The notes beneath the pieces were generated by a model. The model did no database searches and was not told the DNA's origin. It was given only the letters and a program-made list of their open reading frames with translations. From an uncultured Pseudomonadota bacterium (GTDB lineage Bacteria > Oederibacteriota > Muellerivitia > Muellerivitales > Muellerivitaceae), in assembly GCA_963843375.1 (NCBI GenBank), contig CAWJKT010000014.1, positions 128,001-192,000 on the forward strand: 64,000 nucleotides of DNA, read 5' to 3'. The first letter of the stretch is position 1, and every line of letters starts with the position of its first letter. This document shows positions 32,901 through 40,084 of this stretch, piece after piece. A program made the translations under genes and the position numbers.

Positions 32901-34073
32901 TTGACGGGCCCGACTTTCCAGTCCTTGGGTTTGACCACAAACCAACAGGCGGTGGGCGGAGCCCTGGACGGCCTGAATAAGAGCGGGGCCAACCCGAACC
33001 TGTTGGGAGTCCTGGACACGATCGTGAACTCGTCACTACCGGGGGTCTATAACCAAATATCGCCCGCGGATTTGACGCCCTTGTATCAGATGGGCTTCGC
33101 TACTTCCCAGGCCGAGGCGGGGATGATAAACCAGCGGTTGTTCCAATTGTTCGGCAATCCGGCGTCCGAGTCCAGTGACGTTTCTTGGAACGGGGAAGGT
33201 CCTCGGTTCGCCGCCAATATGCCGCCTTCGCAGGAATCGGGAATGATCCAGGACCTTGAGCCCCAGCGCTGGAGCGCTTTTGTCAACGGCATGGGCAACT
33301 TCGGGACCGTCACCGGCGACTCGAACGCCCCGGGTTATCAATATTCAATCGGCGGCATGACCGCTGGATTGGATTACCGCTTCTCCAAAGATTTGGTTGG
33401 CGGGGTGTTGTTTGGTTACAGCCAATCGGGCACCAGCCAGTCTACCGGTACAGTGAATGCGACGGGCGGGCAGGTGGGCCTCTACGGAGGATGGAAACGA
33501 GATTCTCTTCACGTGGAAGCCCTAGCCGAAGGCGGTACCAATAATTACATCACCCAGAGAATAGCCTTGGGCGGTACCGCTGCGGGAAATACCCAGGGAG
33601 AGATGGTTTCGGGCCAACTGGGTGCCGGATACGATTTGAAAGTGGATCAAATGAAGGTCGGACCTTTTGTGTCGGGTCAGTACACCCATGTGAGCATCAA
33701 CGGCTTCAACGAAACGGGCTCCCTGGCGCCTTTGAGTTTCGAGGCACAAGGTGAAAGTTCTTTGACCAGCGACCTGGGGGCATCGACTAGCCGCAACTGG
33801 GATTTGGGCGGCGTCCGATTATCCCCGGCCCTCAGCGTGGCCTGGGAGCATGTGTACCAGGGTAACTTGGACAGCCTAGCGGCCAGTTTGGATGGCGGAG
33901 GGAACTTCACCGTCAGCGGACCTTCCACGGGAACCAATGCGGCGGTCATCGGGGCCGGTTTGAATCTGGGATTCGAAAAGGGCTTAAATGCCTTCGTCCA
34001 ATACCAGGGCAAGGTGGGCCTGGCCGATTACGCGGAACAAAACCTCTCGGGTGGTGTGAATATAGTATTTTAA
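26919..34073 (+). CDS. Giant Gly-rich autotransporter (type Va) adhesin-like protein
   Basis: Signal peptide; PGRS-like GGxGG passenger; PATR motif LTLAGANTYSGGTTLESG; autotransporter barrel (GMTAGLDYRF...LSPALSVAWEH) ending in F. Confidence 0.92.
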   Translation: MFEMLCDSKTDPLPYRPYPFVNFFFAVLLFYVLFIPRLLFAQTAPVTVNSISGGTGTGTFNDSFNAINAQSGGGTIQLNLPYSSNLIVESLQWAPVTQNLTLLTTSPVIVETGGINLNGNSFLSFGNLTVGSGITFTFSNLDAATNGNPQNVISDSASLTLTSLTLNSGSAFGIEYGAEGDGATGQPGDTGAFGGSAFVTVSGGVSVNSGSEFYDVAGTGGDGGGAAVGNGGNAGNGGNSSLGAGSMFVQGSGAVAVIQGGDGGPGGDPGVGFVSGTGGSGGSASATVGSLNIAQGGSVSVIGGTGGNSYNEGNTGAGGWASLADNSVSVGQATLEVQGGAGADNGYGGSNGGSATLVVSGAISVSGSLVSVSGGSGGNGESNPGGGYNGSNGGTASASAGSLVLQSSSFDVLGGQGGSGGNGPEGNSPTGTNGNSGGDGGAGGAGGSGANASVSLGTLTTSGSGVTLEVIGGTGGNGATGGGGGNGDSGDSGGDSNGLSGSGSGSPGGGGGTGGGGGNSGAGGNAALTATTFTLNSTNSFFDIQGGNGGNGGVGGQGGSGGLGGNGGSGSGGYGGSNGASSGNGNWGGVGGYGAGAGNASVSLVSFTMSGAGDEFSVTGGNGGNAAQSGAGGNEPSNNGSTIYDSGGNAGGAFVNGGEGASAGTAGNGNVAQDGGDGGSALVTMGSITLGTAGVTTATLFNVIGGNGGSNGIGSNGGDASVAYGGNSGNDNATLSNGFQGGTGGNGGAGGAGAGDDDFGLGGNASVVSGSITLFSGADFNVQGGAGGVVTTIGGATIVESGGAGGYAGTAGTGGGGSWLYGACDTCQTGNGGDGGSAQGGGAGGDGSDGGSAAVSAGSLQMASAVTFTVIGGEGGWGGQGGNGGVGGAGGAAGGMGSATDSYGGNGASGSSGGYGNLGGEGGAGGAAALALGNLSLGASDSIAIQGGSGGNGGGGGAGYAGGAGADGASASSTGQGGGDGGNGGAGGSGAGGGDGGDGGSATLLVTGAVSLSQGDNFSIIGGGGGAGGAGGEGGTGGNGANGGNGVLDTAGAGGTGGDGGFAGSGGAGGNGGDALVTLGSLAMADGGVTLTIQGGVGGQGGVAGAAGSAGTAGNPGGGFGNNGAPGGSGLSPGSGIPGGYGGFGGFGGEGGSASLTVGSLTVGQDDSLDIMGGNGGVGANGNDGTTATGGSNATQSCCQGASGGTGGDGGWGGYGGVPVTYLSNGQTITEIVSGGDTYLAVYGTASLASGSIVNVVGGAGVTGGSGGSGGSGGSGASGGTGGDGGAGGNGGLGGGGGNGGSASVSLGSLQMAKGVTFNVIGGIGGEGGASGSGAPGGIAGAAVTSGSGAQWVNLGFTLLSLALAATNPANAELVFANKMIGYELKAAQNATKLLSLGPNNNSNPDIPTNGPGGPWGGGGIGGNGGDASFTSALVNMDSTSASNDDLLVVKAGDGFIGGYGGGPGVTVVGQTPGLTGPGGQGGDGGTASVSLGTLEMGTGSGVSVIGGDAGDGGAGFYINSASDAVGAGGQGGVGGDADVTVGSLMMNAAGMWVTAGAGGTGGTGGDGNNGGNAFVALGSLNASGGSTVLVAAGSGGNDNTVGSGGAGGFSGFSADSVTLSSSILNMIGGSGGSAVSNSGGLNGADGGSAAMTVGQTLVVSNSTLSIQGGQGGNAFQYNNGTGGVGGGASLAAATLNLSSGSINLLAGNGNASGGQQTGALGGTAYLAANSASINGSVILQGGNGGNGGSGLTNPSTSGGNGGIGGDALVTLGSLSMGSSGLLQVTAGAAGLGEVDGTNGTAGDATIMIGFLDGSGTVTMSGNILTLQVDNGYFSGVIAGNEGLEVGGGALTLAGANTYSGGTTLESGVLALWNDNALGTGGLMVTNGTLEVGNGLAVSIGGNYTQSAGATLQLNLGGVLSGSSDGLRVANTATLGGDLQLVSGNGAFFQAHGLETFEILSAGTAVTGTFAGLVEGISANSVSLVYEPKEVLLELTGPTFQSLGLTTNQQAVGGALDGLNKSGANPNLLGVLDTIVNSSLPGVYNQISPADLTPLYQMGFATSQAEAGMINQRLFQLFGNPASESSDVSWNGEGPRFAANMPPSQESGMIQDLEPQRWSAFVNGMGNFGTVTGDSNAPGYQYSIGGMTAGLDYRFSKDLVGGVLFGYSQSGTSQSTGTVNATGGQVGLYGGWKRDSLHVEALAEGGTNNYITQRIALGGTAAGNTQGEMVSGQLGAGYDLKVDQMKVGPFVSGQYTHVSINGFNETGSLAPLSFEAQGESSLTSDLGASTSRNWDLGGVRLSPALSVAWEHVYQGNLDSLAASLDGGGNFTVSGPSTGTNAAVIGAGLNLGFEKGLNAFVQYQGKVGLADYAEQNLSGGVNIVF

Positions 34074-34237
34074 AAGAACAAGGGTTTTATCAGCCAACCG
34101 ATTCCTAAGTTAAAAGGGCGGGGCCGAATGGCATCCGTCCTTTTTTGTGAGTTCAAAGTTAAAATGTTTGTCCGCGACGGGGACCCATCGTGGACAGGTA
34201 AATTTGTTACGCTTCGGACGAAATGTACCGGGATTTC

Positions 34238-34316
34238 TTCCCCGTGGGGCAACCGAAAAGCCCTGAGAATACTCTGCCCTTTGTAACCCTGAATCTACGA
34301 TCTAACTTTGATCTAA
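34238..34316 (+). repeat. att-like copy of tRNA-Glu 3' end plus arm-like pair (copy 2)
   Basis: TTCCCCGTGGGGCAACC (16/17 to 26148-26164); GATCTAACTTT-GATCTAA at 34299-34316, offset 60. Confidence 0.85.
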
Positions 34317-34358
34317 CGACTTCAGCTGCTTCGATTGCGGCTCGGCCTCGGTCGCCAC

Positions 34359-34388
34359 TTGACAAAGTAATACATAAAGTAATACAAT
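34359..34388 (+). promoter_or_regulatory. Sigma70 promoter overlapped by AAAGTAATACA direct repeats
   Basis: TTGACA 34359, TACAAT 34383; repeats at 34364 and 34376. Confidence 0.65.
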
Positions 34389-34572
34389 TTGAATATGGTA
34401 CCTTGAATCTAAGGTGCCTCCGGATAACAAAACCCGGTAGGCGAGTAGCCTTAATCAAATGGCCCCAAAACGCTTATTCAAATGCGTTATAGAGAGAAGC
34501 TGAACATGATCAAAAACTCATACCACCAGGTCGACGTGGCCTTGGGAGGTAGCACAAGGGCGGACACCCCAA

Positions 34573-34857
34573 ATGATAAATCCGAAGAAGCTGGTAGAAG
34601 TAGTTGCTTCTAAGTCGGTTGGCGGGAAACTTGAAAGATTAAAAGAGATAGATAAACCTAGATACGATTTTGTTAAAAAAGTCCTCCAGGACTTTAAAGA
34701 AAAGTACCCCATCGGTGACAAGGTACAACTTCATCCGGTTAATACCGACGGGACCAGGAATTTTGTGGCGGATAGCGGATATAACGTTACCTTCGCGGGC
34801 TGGGCGGAGGAACTTCCGAACAAACATTTGGTCCATATTGAAAAGCTCTTTTTTTAA
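34573..34857 (+). CDS. Small protein, possible divergent RelE/ParE-fold toxin
   Basis: 94 aa; strand-helix-helix-strands pattern (VEVVASKSVGGKLERL...YDFVKKVLQDF...LVHIEKL); context matches the 36031 unit. Confidence 0.45.
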   Translation: MINPKKLVEVVASKSVGGKLERLKEIDKPRYDFVKKVLQDFKEKYPIGDKVQLHPVNTDGTRNFVADSGYNVTFAGWAEELPNKHLVHIEKLFF

Positions 34858-34934
34858 CCTCTTGGGGTGTCGAAAATCATTCTCCCTACCTGTTGTGGGT
34901 TGTTCTTATTTTCCATTTGTTAACTTGATAACGG

Positions 34935-34964
34935 TTGTTTAAGTATTACATTTAGTAATACAAT
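34935..34964 (+). promoter_or_regulatory. Promoter with AGTA(T/A)TACA direct repeats
   Basis: AAGTATTACA 34941, TAGTAATACA 34953, TACAAT 34959. Confidence 0.55.
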
Positions 34965-35072
34965 TCAGTTGACGATGATTTAGAACATATGTATAGTTTC
35001 GAAAATTTTGTTAAAAGTGGAGTGGAGGGAAGAAATTTAATTGGAAACAAGATGTGAAAGGAGATGGTGGTT

Positions 35073-35372
35073 ATGGCACAAGTTCTGCCTTACCGTCCGT
35101 CAATTGAAAAAGAAAAGCTCTTAGAGATAATCGTAAAAAAGTTGAAGTACAAAATGAACCGTTTCATTGATGATGCAGTAAAGGAAAAAATCGTTCGTGA
35201 AACTGTTCAAGAAAACGAGATTGAGAAATTGGGATTGGACATTGGTAAGTTCCTTTATGAAAGAAACAATTGGAAGATTTATGCTCCTGGATCCAAGCTC
35301 AATAGAGAGCTGGACGAAGCACGTAAGAAAGCAAAGAGTGGGAAGACTCGTTATAAAAAACTAGATCTTTGA
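35073..35372 (+). CDS. Ribbon-helix-helix antitoxin-like protein (paralog of 36309)
   Basis: YRP...MNRFIDDAVKEKI matches YRP...LNRYIEEAVSEKI. Track start is 35064. Confidence 0.65.
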   Translation: MAQVLPYRPSIEKEKLLEIIVKKLKYKMNRFIDDAVKEKIVRETVQENEIEKLGLDIGKFLYERNNWKIYAPGSKLNRELDEARKKAKSGKTRYKKLDL

Positions 35373-35407
35373 AGAGATTTAGAAGTTAGCCTGCTTTAAA
35401 AGACGGA

Positions 35408-35443
35408 AAATGCCTGGATCGAAAGATCCGGGCATTTCTATTT
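35408..35443 (+). terminator. Intrinsic terminator
   Basis: AAATGCCTGGATC-GAAA-GATCCGGGCATTT hairpin followed by a T-rich tail. Confidence 0.8.
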
Positions 35444-35485
35444 AATCAATAAATTTAGGATAAAAGCATTCCATGTTGAGATCTC

Positions 35486-35563
35486 TTCCCGGTGGGGCTA
35501 CTAATTGTCTAAGTGGCCCAACGGGTTTGGCAACTTCCAGTTCTTGATCTTCTTTTGATCTAA
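35486..35563 (+). repeat. att-like copy of tRNA-Glu 3' end plus arm-like pair (copy 3)
   Basis: TTCCCGGTGGGGCTACT (15/17); GATCTTCTTTT-GATCTAA at 35546-35563, offset 59. Confidence 0.8.
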
Positions 35564-35992
35564 CCGACTAAGGTGTGACTTAATCAGTGGTGCAAAAGAT
35601 GAGGGCAGGTCAGGTAAATATTGTAGCTATTTAGTGTTTTTAGGGATCTTTATCATTCCAGTACTTGTTCTCGTATTTTTTCTGCGATGGACTTTAAAGT
35701 TTGTTTTCGATGAATAAAAGTAAAAATGATGTTTAAATTACATCCGCTTTTCTCTACATTTAGTCATTTTTCTTTCTCCCTTTTTTGTTTCATTTAAAAT
35801 AGGAACATTCTGAAATTCATCTATTGTTGGATTTTATGTTTAAAGGATCTTTATTTTTTTTCAGTAAGCATTGTGGATTTGAAGGAAGCGCACAGTAGAT
35901 GTCATCCAAGGGAGCGAGAAACAAGTTACTGATTGAATTCATTGTATTTCGGGTTATAGAATACGGCTGTATACCTTGGTTTGGCTTTAAAC

Positions 35993-36021
35993 TTGAAAAG
36001 TGATTACAAAATGATTACAAT
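35993..36021 (+). promoter_or_regulatory. Promoter with TGATTACA direct repeats; probably a leaderless transcript
   Basis: TTGAAA-17 bp-TACAAT; TGATTACA at 36001 and 36012; TTG start 10 bp after the -10. Confidence 0.6.
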
Positions 36022-36030
36022 TATAGTGGC

Positions 36031-36306
36031 TTGAAATTGAATCCTTTGAGCTGGGAACCCAAGGCTTTAGCCGATTATAACAACCTTAAAAGAAAGCTAC
36101 CGCCTGTTAAAAGGGAACAGCTTGAGGAGCGGATTGATTGTTTAAAGGAATGGCCTCCCGCTAAGTGGTATGAGCTTCGGGATCAAGTGGATGGCACGAT
36201 CACCTTTCAAATGGAAACGGACCAATTTGCGATGATTTTAGGCCGGTTCGAGGATGGCGTTGTTTACATTACACATGTGGAACTCAGAACGAAAGGGAGG
36301 GGATAG
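36031..36306 (+). CDS. RelE/ParE-like toxin candidate
   Basis: 91 aa; LSWEPKALADYNNL...QLEERIDCLKEWP...VYITHVELR resembles the RelE/ParE pattern. Confidence 0.6.
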   Translation: MKLNPLSWEPKALADYNNLKRKLPPVKREQLEERIDCLKEWPPAKWYELRDQVDGTITFQMETDQFAMILGRFEDGVVYITHVELRTKGRG

Positions 36307-36308
36307 TT

Positions 36309-36626
36309 ATGGCGAATACTTTTTCCTATCGTCCCAAAAACTATAGCGTTGAGCAGCTTAAAAAAATCGCCCAGAAACATCACACGAATTTAAACCGTTA
36401 TATTGAAGAAGCTGTTTCCGAAAAAATTCACCATGAAAAAAATGAGTCTGTGCAAGAACCGGCTGAACAACTTGCGAGAAAGATAACCAAGGTTGTTGTG
36501 GAACACCTTGGTGTTAAGTTATCCAGGCCGAATGCGGAAACTCATACCAAGATAAATAATAAGTTTGATGAAACAACAAGAAAGAAAAAATGGATATCGG
36601 ATGAGGATGCTCGTCCAGGTCGTTAA
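36309..36626 (+). CDS. Ribbon-helix-helix antitoxin-like protein
   Basis: FSYRP strand followed by helices (EQLKKIAQKHHTNLNRYIEEAV); GGGAGG RBS; 2 bp after the toxin candidate. Confidence 0.65.
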   Translation: MANTFSYRPKNYSVEQLKKIAQKHHTNLNRYIEEAVSEKIHHEKNESVQEPAEQLARKITKVVVEHLGVKLSRPNAETHTKINNKFDETTRKKKWISDEDARPGR

Positions 36627-36852
36627 TGAAGAAAAGGAGGAGAAGATAGCAGACGAGAATTTGAAAATTGAAAAAGGAGGCAGTAAAATATCTTTCGAAA
36701 TTGAGCGTGTTATTGCTAAACACGTCCCTTTGAAATTTGTTAAGGCGAATAGCAATGAGGCTGTGGAATTAGAAGAATCCATTAACCGTTCTAAGAAAAA
36801 GGGTGGATGGCTTTCGATCAAGGAATTAATGAAAAAACATCATATTCACTAA
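36627..36852 (+). pseudogene. N-terminally truncated third antitoxin paralog
   Basis: EEKIADE...IERVIAKHVPLK...KKKGGWLS aligns with SEKIHHE...ITKVVVEHLGVK...RKKKWIS of 36309 but lacks the RHH N-terminus. Confidence 0.5.
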
Positions 36853-36985
36853 ACGCAATGTTTGGGATGGAGAAGCAAAGAAGGGCTAAAATTTGCTTTG
36901 CGAAAAGTTAGCGGAAATTGAACCCTATGAAGACAGAGTAATGTTTTCACGGGGTTTTTCTTTTTTGTCTGATCAACCTGTAGCC

Positions 36986-37380
36986 CACAACAGATTAGTC
37001 CAGGTGAGTTATCTCAACGGCCAACCTCTAGGGGTGGCCAACACCATCAATATGACCTATGACGGAATGGGCAGAAGGTCGAGCATCACGGAAATCGACG
37101 CTGGTGGGAACACCATTGCGGCCAAGACCTACGTGTGATGCGGGAAAACGCTATGCCAGGAGAGAGACAGTACAGGGACAGCGGTTATGAAGCAGTTCTT
37201 CAGCCGAGGGGAGAGGATAGGGACCAGTAATTACTACTACGCCAAGGACCACCTAGGGAGGATTAGAGAGTTAACGGATATCAACGGGACAGTACAGGCA
37301 ATCTACGACTATGATTCTTTTGGGAACCAGACAATTCTGTCTCAAAATATCCCGACGGATTTTGGTTATGTGGGATTCCA
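36986..37380 (+). pseudogene. Rhs/YD-repeat core fragment with in-frame TGA
   Basis: TYDGMGRR...TYV*CGKTLCQERD...YYYAKDHLGRIRELTD..G...YDYDSFG. The two track ORFs are in frame across TGA 37136-37138, where Trp is expected. Confidence 0.85.
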
Positions 37381-38026
37381 TCATCAAATCTTCCAGGGAA
37401 TTTCGGGGAGCGTCACACTTTTCGACCGCCTTTTTGCCCTCTCTAGACCGTCACGCTATTGGACCGGCGTTTACAGTTGTTCACGACCGGTAAAATCAGC
37501 AGACACAATAAATAGCGAATTTGCACAGACACCCCTTTGGTGAAGTTTGAGAAATCATATGGTATTAATTCGCTGAGTAAAGAAAAAAGTTTCAGCAGTC
37601 AGAAGATGGGCTTATTTGATTGAATTAACGAGTTCACCGAGAAAAATAAAAACTTAATATTTATAAGCCGTGATATTCAAAGAAAAAGTCATTTCCCGTA
37701 TGTAGGCCGTCGAGCGACAATGCTTATTTGTTGGCCAAATTCGATTCGGAAACCATCTGGAGAATATCCGACGGCATTTTCAGGGAACCGGTCAAATCTT
37801 GTGAGATACCGTGAATTTGGGGAAGATGTCTAAAGTAGGATGTCGGACCGGAAATTCATGTGAATGTTAAAATTTTGGCGATTTTATCTTTTTGTCTCAA
37901 TTTCGATTTCTTGTGGGCCTGCCATCAAGAAGGTTGGTTTTGAAACTCGTATTATGGCCGACTTTTTCATTCTCGAATTATTTCATTGCCTTAATTCAAC
38001 TTTTGAATTCAACCCTAAGTAGGCGC

Positions 38027-38058
38027 TTGACACTGGAGTATACTCCAGTGTCTATACT
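38027..38058 (+). promoter_or_regulatory. MerR-type promoter/operator
   Basis: TTGACA-20 bp-TATACT overlapped by the perfect 24-bp palindrome GACACTGGAGTATACTCCAGTGTC (38029-38052). Confidence 0.9.
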
Positions 38059-38076
38059 TATAACTCGGATGAATAA

Positions 38077-38442
38077 ATGAAAACGGATAAAACAATATTT
38101 CGAATCGGGGAAGTTTCAAAGAAAAGCGGCGTGTCAATCGACACCGTCCGCTTTTATGAAAAGATAGGTTTGCTAAAAAAAGCTAACCGGAGCTTTGGGG
38201 GGTTCAGGACTTATTCACAGGTTGTGGTTGATCAATTGCTCTTCGTTCGCAAGGCGCAGGAGATGGGGCTAACGCTTAAAGAGATAAGAAAGATTATGTG
38301 TTGTGGCGATAAAGGTTTGGGGCCCTGCTGCGACCTGACGGTTGAAGTATTCACGGCGAAAATTAAAGAGTTTGAGGATAAAATCCGGGAAATTCAAAAA
38401 ATGAAAAAAATGTTAAAAACGGTTTTGGGTGATGGGTCGTAA
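38077..38442 (+). CDS. MerR-family metal(loid)-responsive regulator
   Basis: FRIGEVSKKSGVSIDTVRFYEKIGLL...R.Y; Cys pairs C75-C76 and C84-C85. Confidence 0.92.
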   Translation: MKTDKTIFRIGEVSKKSGVSIDTVRFYEKIGLLKKANRSFGGFRTYSQVVVDQLLFVRKAQEMGLTLKEIRKIMCCGDKGLGPCCDLTVEVFTAKIKEFEDKIREIQKMKKMLKTVLGDGS

Positions 38443-38497
38443 AGAAAAAGAAATTTCAATTTCACACATCTTCATTTGGCGGAAATCATTGAATTCA

Positions 38498-39181
38498 ATG
38501 AACGGTGTCCTGCTGAAAAAATCTTTAGCCGAAGTTATCGGAACTTTCACCCTCGTGTTCTGCGGGTGTGGAAGCATCATGGTGGCAGAGAGGTTCCCTG
38601 GAACCCTTTCCCATGCCTCCATATCGGTCATCTTCGGTCTTGCGGTTGCGGTCATGATCTATGCGGTGGGCCATATTTCGGGTGCCCATTTTAACCCAGG
38701 TGTCACCTTGGCCTTTGCCATCGCAAGGCATTTCCCATTCCGGGAAGTTCTGGTTTATTGGATGGCCCAGTTTTCAGGGGCGTTTGCGGCAATCGGTGTA
38801 TTAAAACTGATCCTTCCCCCCGGTAATTCATATGGGGCAACTTTTCCTTCCGTCCCGATGTTAGCGGCTTTGACTTGGGAAATCATCCTGACCTTTTTTC
38901 TCATGTTTGTGATCGTTGCTGTGGCAACGGATACAAGGGCAGTCGGCACTATGGCTGGAGCGGCCATTGGAGGGACTGTCATGTTGGCAGCTTGGGTAGG
39001 GGGACCGGTCACCGGGGCCTCCTTGAATCCCGCCCGGTCATTGGCTCCCGCGGTTTTTGAAGGAAGATTGGATGAAATGTGGATTTACCTTGTAGGCCCT
39101 TGCATAGGCGCAGTCCTGGCCGCATTATTTTATGAGACCATCCGAATGACACCTACAAACGAAAAAAACGACAAGGAGTAG
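38498..39181 (+). CDS. MIP-family aquaporin/aquaglyceroporin, probable arsenite channel
   Basis: [10 protein letters not shown] and [12 protein letters not shown] motifs; NIP-like; directly upstream of arsC. Confidence 0.92.
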   Translation: MNGVLLKKSLAEVIGTFTLVFCGCGSIMVAERFPGTLSHASISVIFGLAVAVMIYAVGHISGAHFNPGVTLAFAIARHFPFREVLVYWMAQFSGAFAAIGVLKLILPPGNSYGATFPSVPMLAALTWEIILTFFLMFVIVAVATDTRAVGTMAGAAIGGTVMLAAWVGGPVTGASLNPARSLAPAVFEGRLDEMWIYLVGPCIGAVLAALFYETIRMTPTNEKNDKE

Positions 39182-39185
39182 GTTC

Positions 39186-39587
39186 GTGAAAAGGATATTG
39201 TTCTTGTGCGTTGCAAATTCAGCCAGAAGCCAAATGGCTGAGGGGCTGGCCAAAAATCTTTTCGGTAATGATACCGTGATCCAAAGTGCTGGTTCCAGGC
39301 CTTCCGTAGTAAATCCAATTGCTATCAAGGTTATGGAGGAAATTGGCATAGATATTTCCAACCATCGTTCCAAATCTGTAGAAGAGATCGATCCAGCTTC
39401 GGTAGACACTGTTATTACGCTTTGTGCTGAAGAAGTTTGTCCTGTTTTCTTAGGAAAGGCGGAACGCCTTTATTGGCCATTGCCGGATCCAGGTCTTGGA
39501 AAAACTACTGATGAAGAGAAGCTCCAAAGTTTTAGGGAAGTTCGTGATGCGATTCTTGGTCGACTGAATAGCATCAAGTCGAGATAG
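39186..39587 (+). CDS. arsC: Thioredoxin-coupled arsenate reductase (LMWP family)
   Basis: [14 protein letters not shown]-loop; TLCAEEVCP redox Cys pair; WPLPDP. Confidence 0.92.
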   Translation: MKRILFLCVANSARSQMAEGLAKNLFGNDTVIQSAGSRPSVVNPIAIKVMEEIGIDISNHRSKSVEEIDPASVDTVITLCAEEVCPVFLGKAERLYWPLPDPGLGKTTDEEKLQSFREVRDAILGRLNSIKSR

Positions 39588-40084
39588 GGCTAGAATTTAT
39601 CAATGGGTTGATTTCAACTAAATGCTTCAATGCGTATTAATTAAAAAAACTTTCACCATTGAGCATTTAAATTGCTATTGTTTTTAAAATTCGGTATCCA
39701 TGACTGGACGCGTCTATCAATGTTCGTTTTAATTTTATTAAGAGATAAGTTGGGTCGATTCTGTAATTTAATAAGTGGTGAAACCGATGGTTTCAGTTTA
39801 GTCCCTTATTGAACCAAACTAGGCAAGTGCAGAAAATTTGTCTTTTTTTGTCAGTTTTTTATTTCTTTTTCCTAATTTAATGTGAAACCGCTTTTTTAGA
39901 AGATTTCCACTGAAAAGTTAACTTTTACAATTGTTTATCGAGAAAATCGTTAAATTAAGCCAATTCAGAATAAGGCATCATTATTGCAACTAATTTAATT
40001 AAGTTTCATTTTAGAATTCCCTAAAATGGGTGATAAATAAGTCTTTGGAAACCCCTGGAATCGTTTTATGGGCAAAAGGTAAAG

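Noticed and set aside
27015..34012. Pro-rich antisense ORFs, and Val/Gly-rich antisense ORFs opposite the Thr/Pro stalks
   Set aside because: Shadows of low-complexity coding sequence on the other strand.
34391..34492. Decayed third toxin after the first promoter (RVALIKWPQ vs RIDCLKEWPP)
   Set aside because: Similarity is too short to support by eye.
37136..37138. TGA-to-Trp/Gly recoding or selenocysteine
   Set aside because: Many intact genes here end in TGA and use TGG for Trp; this is a single case in a truncated relic.
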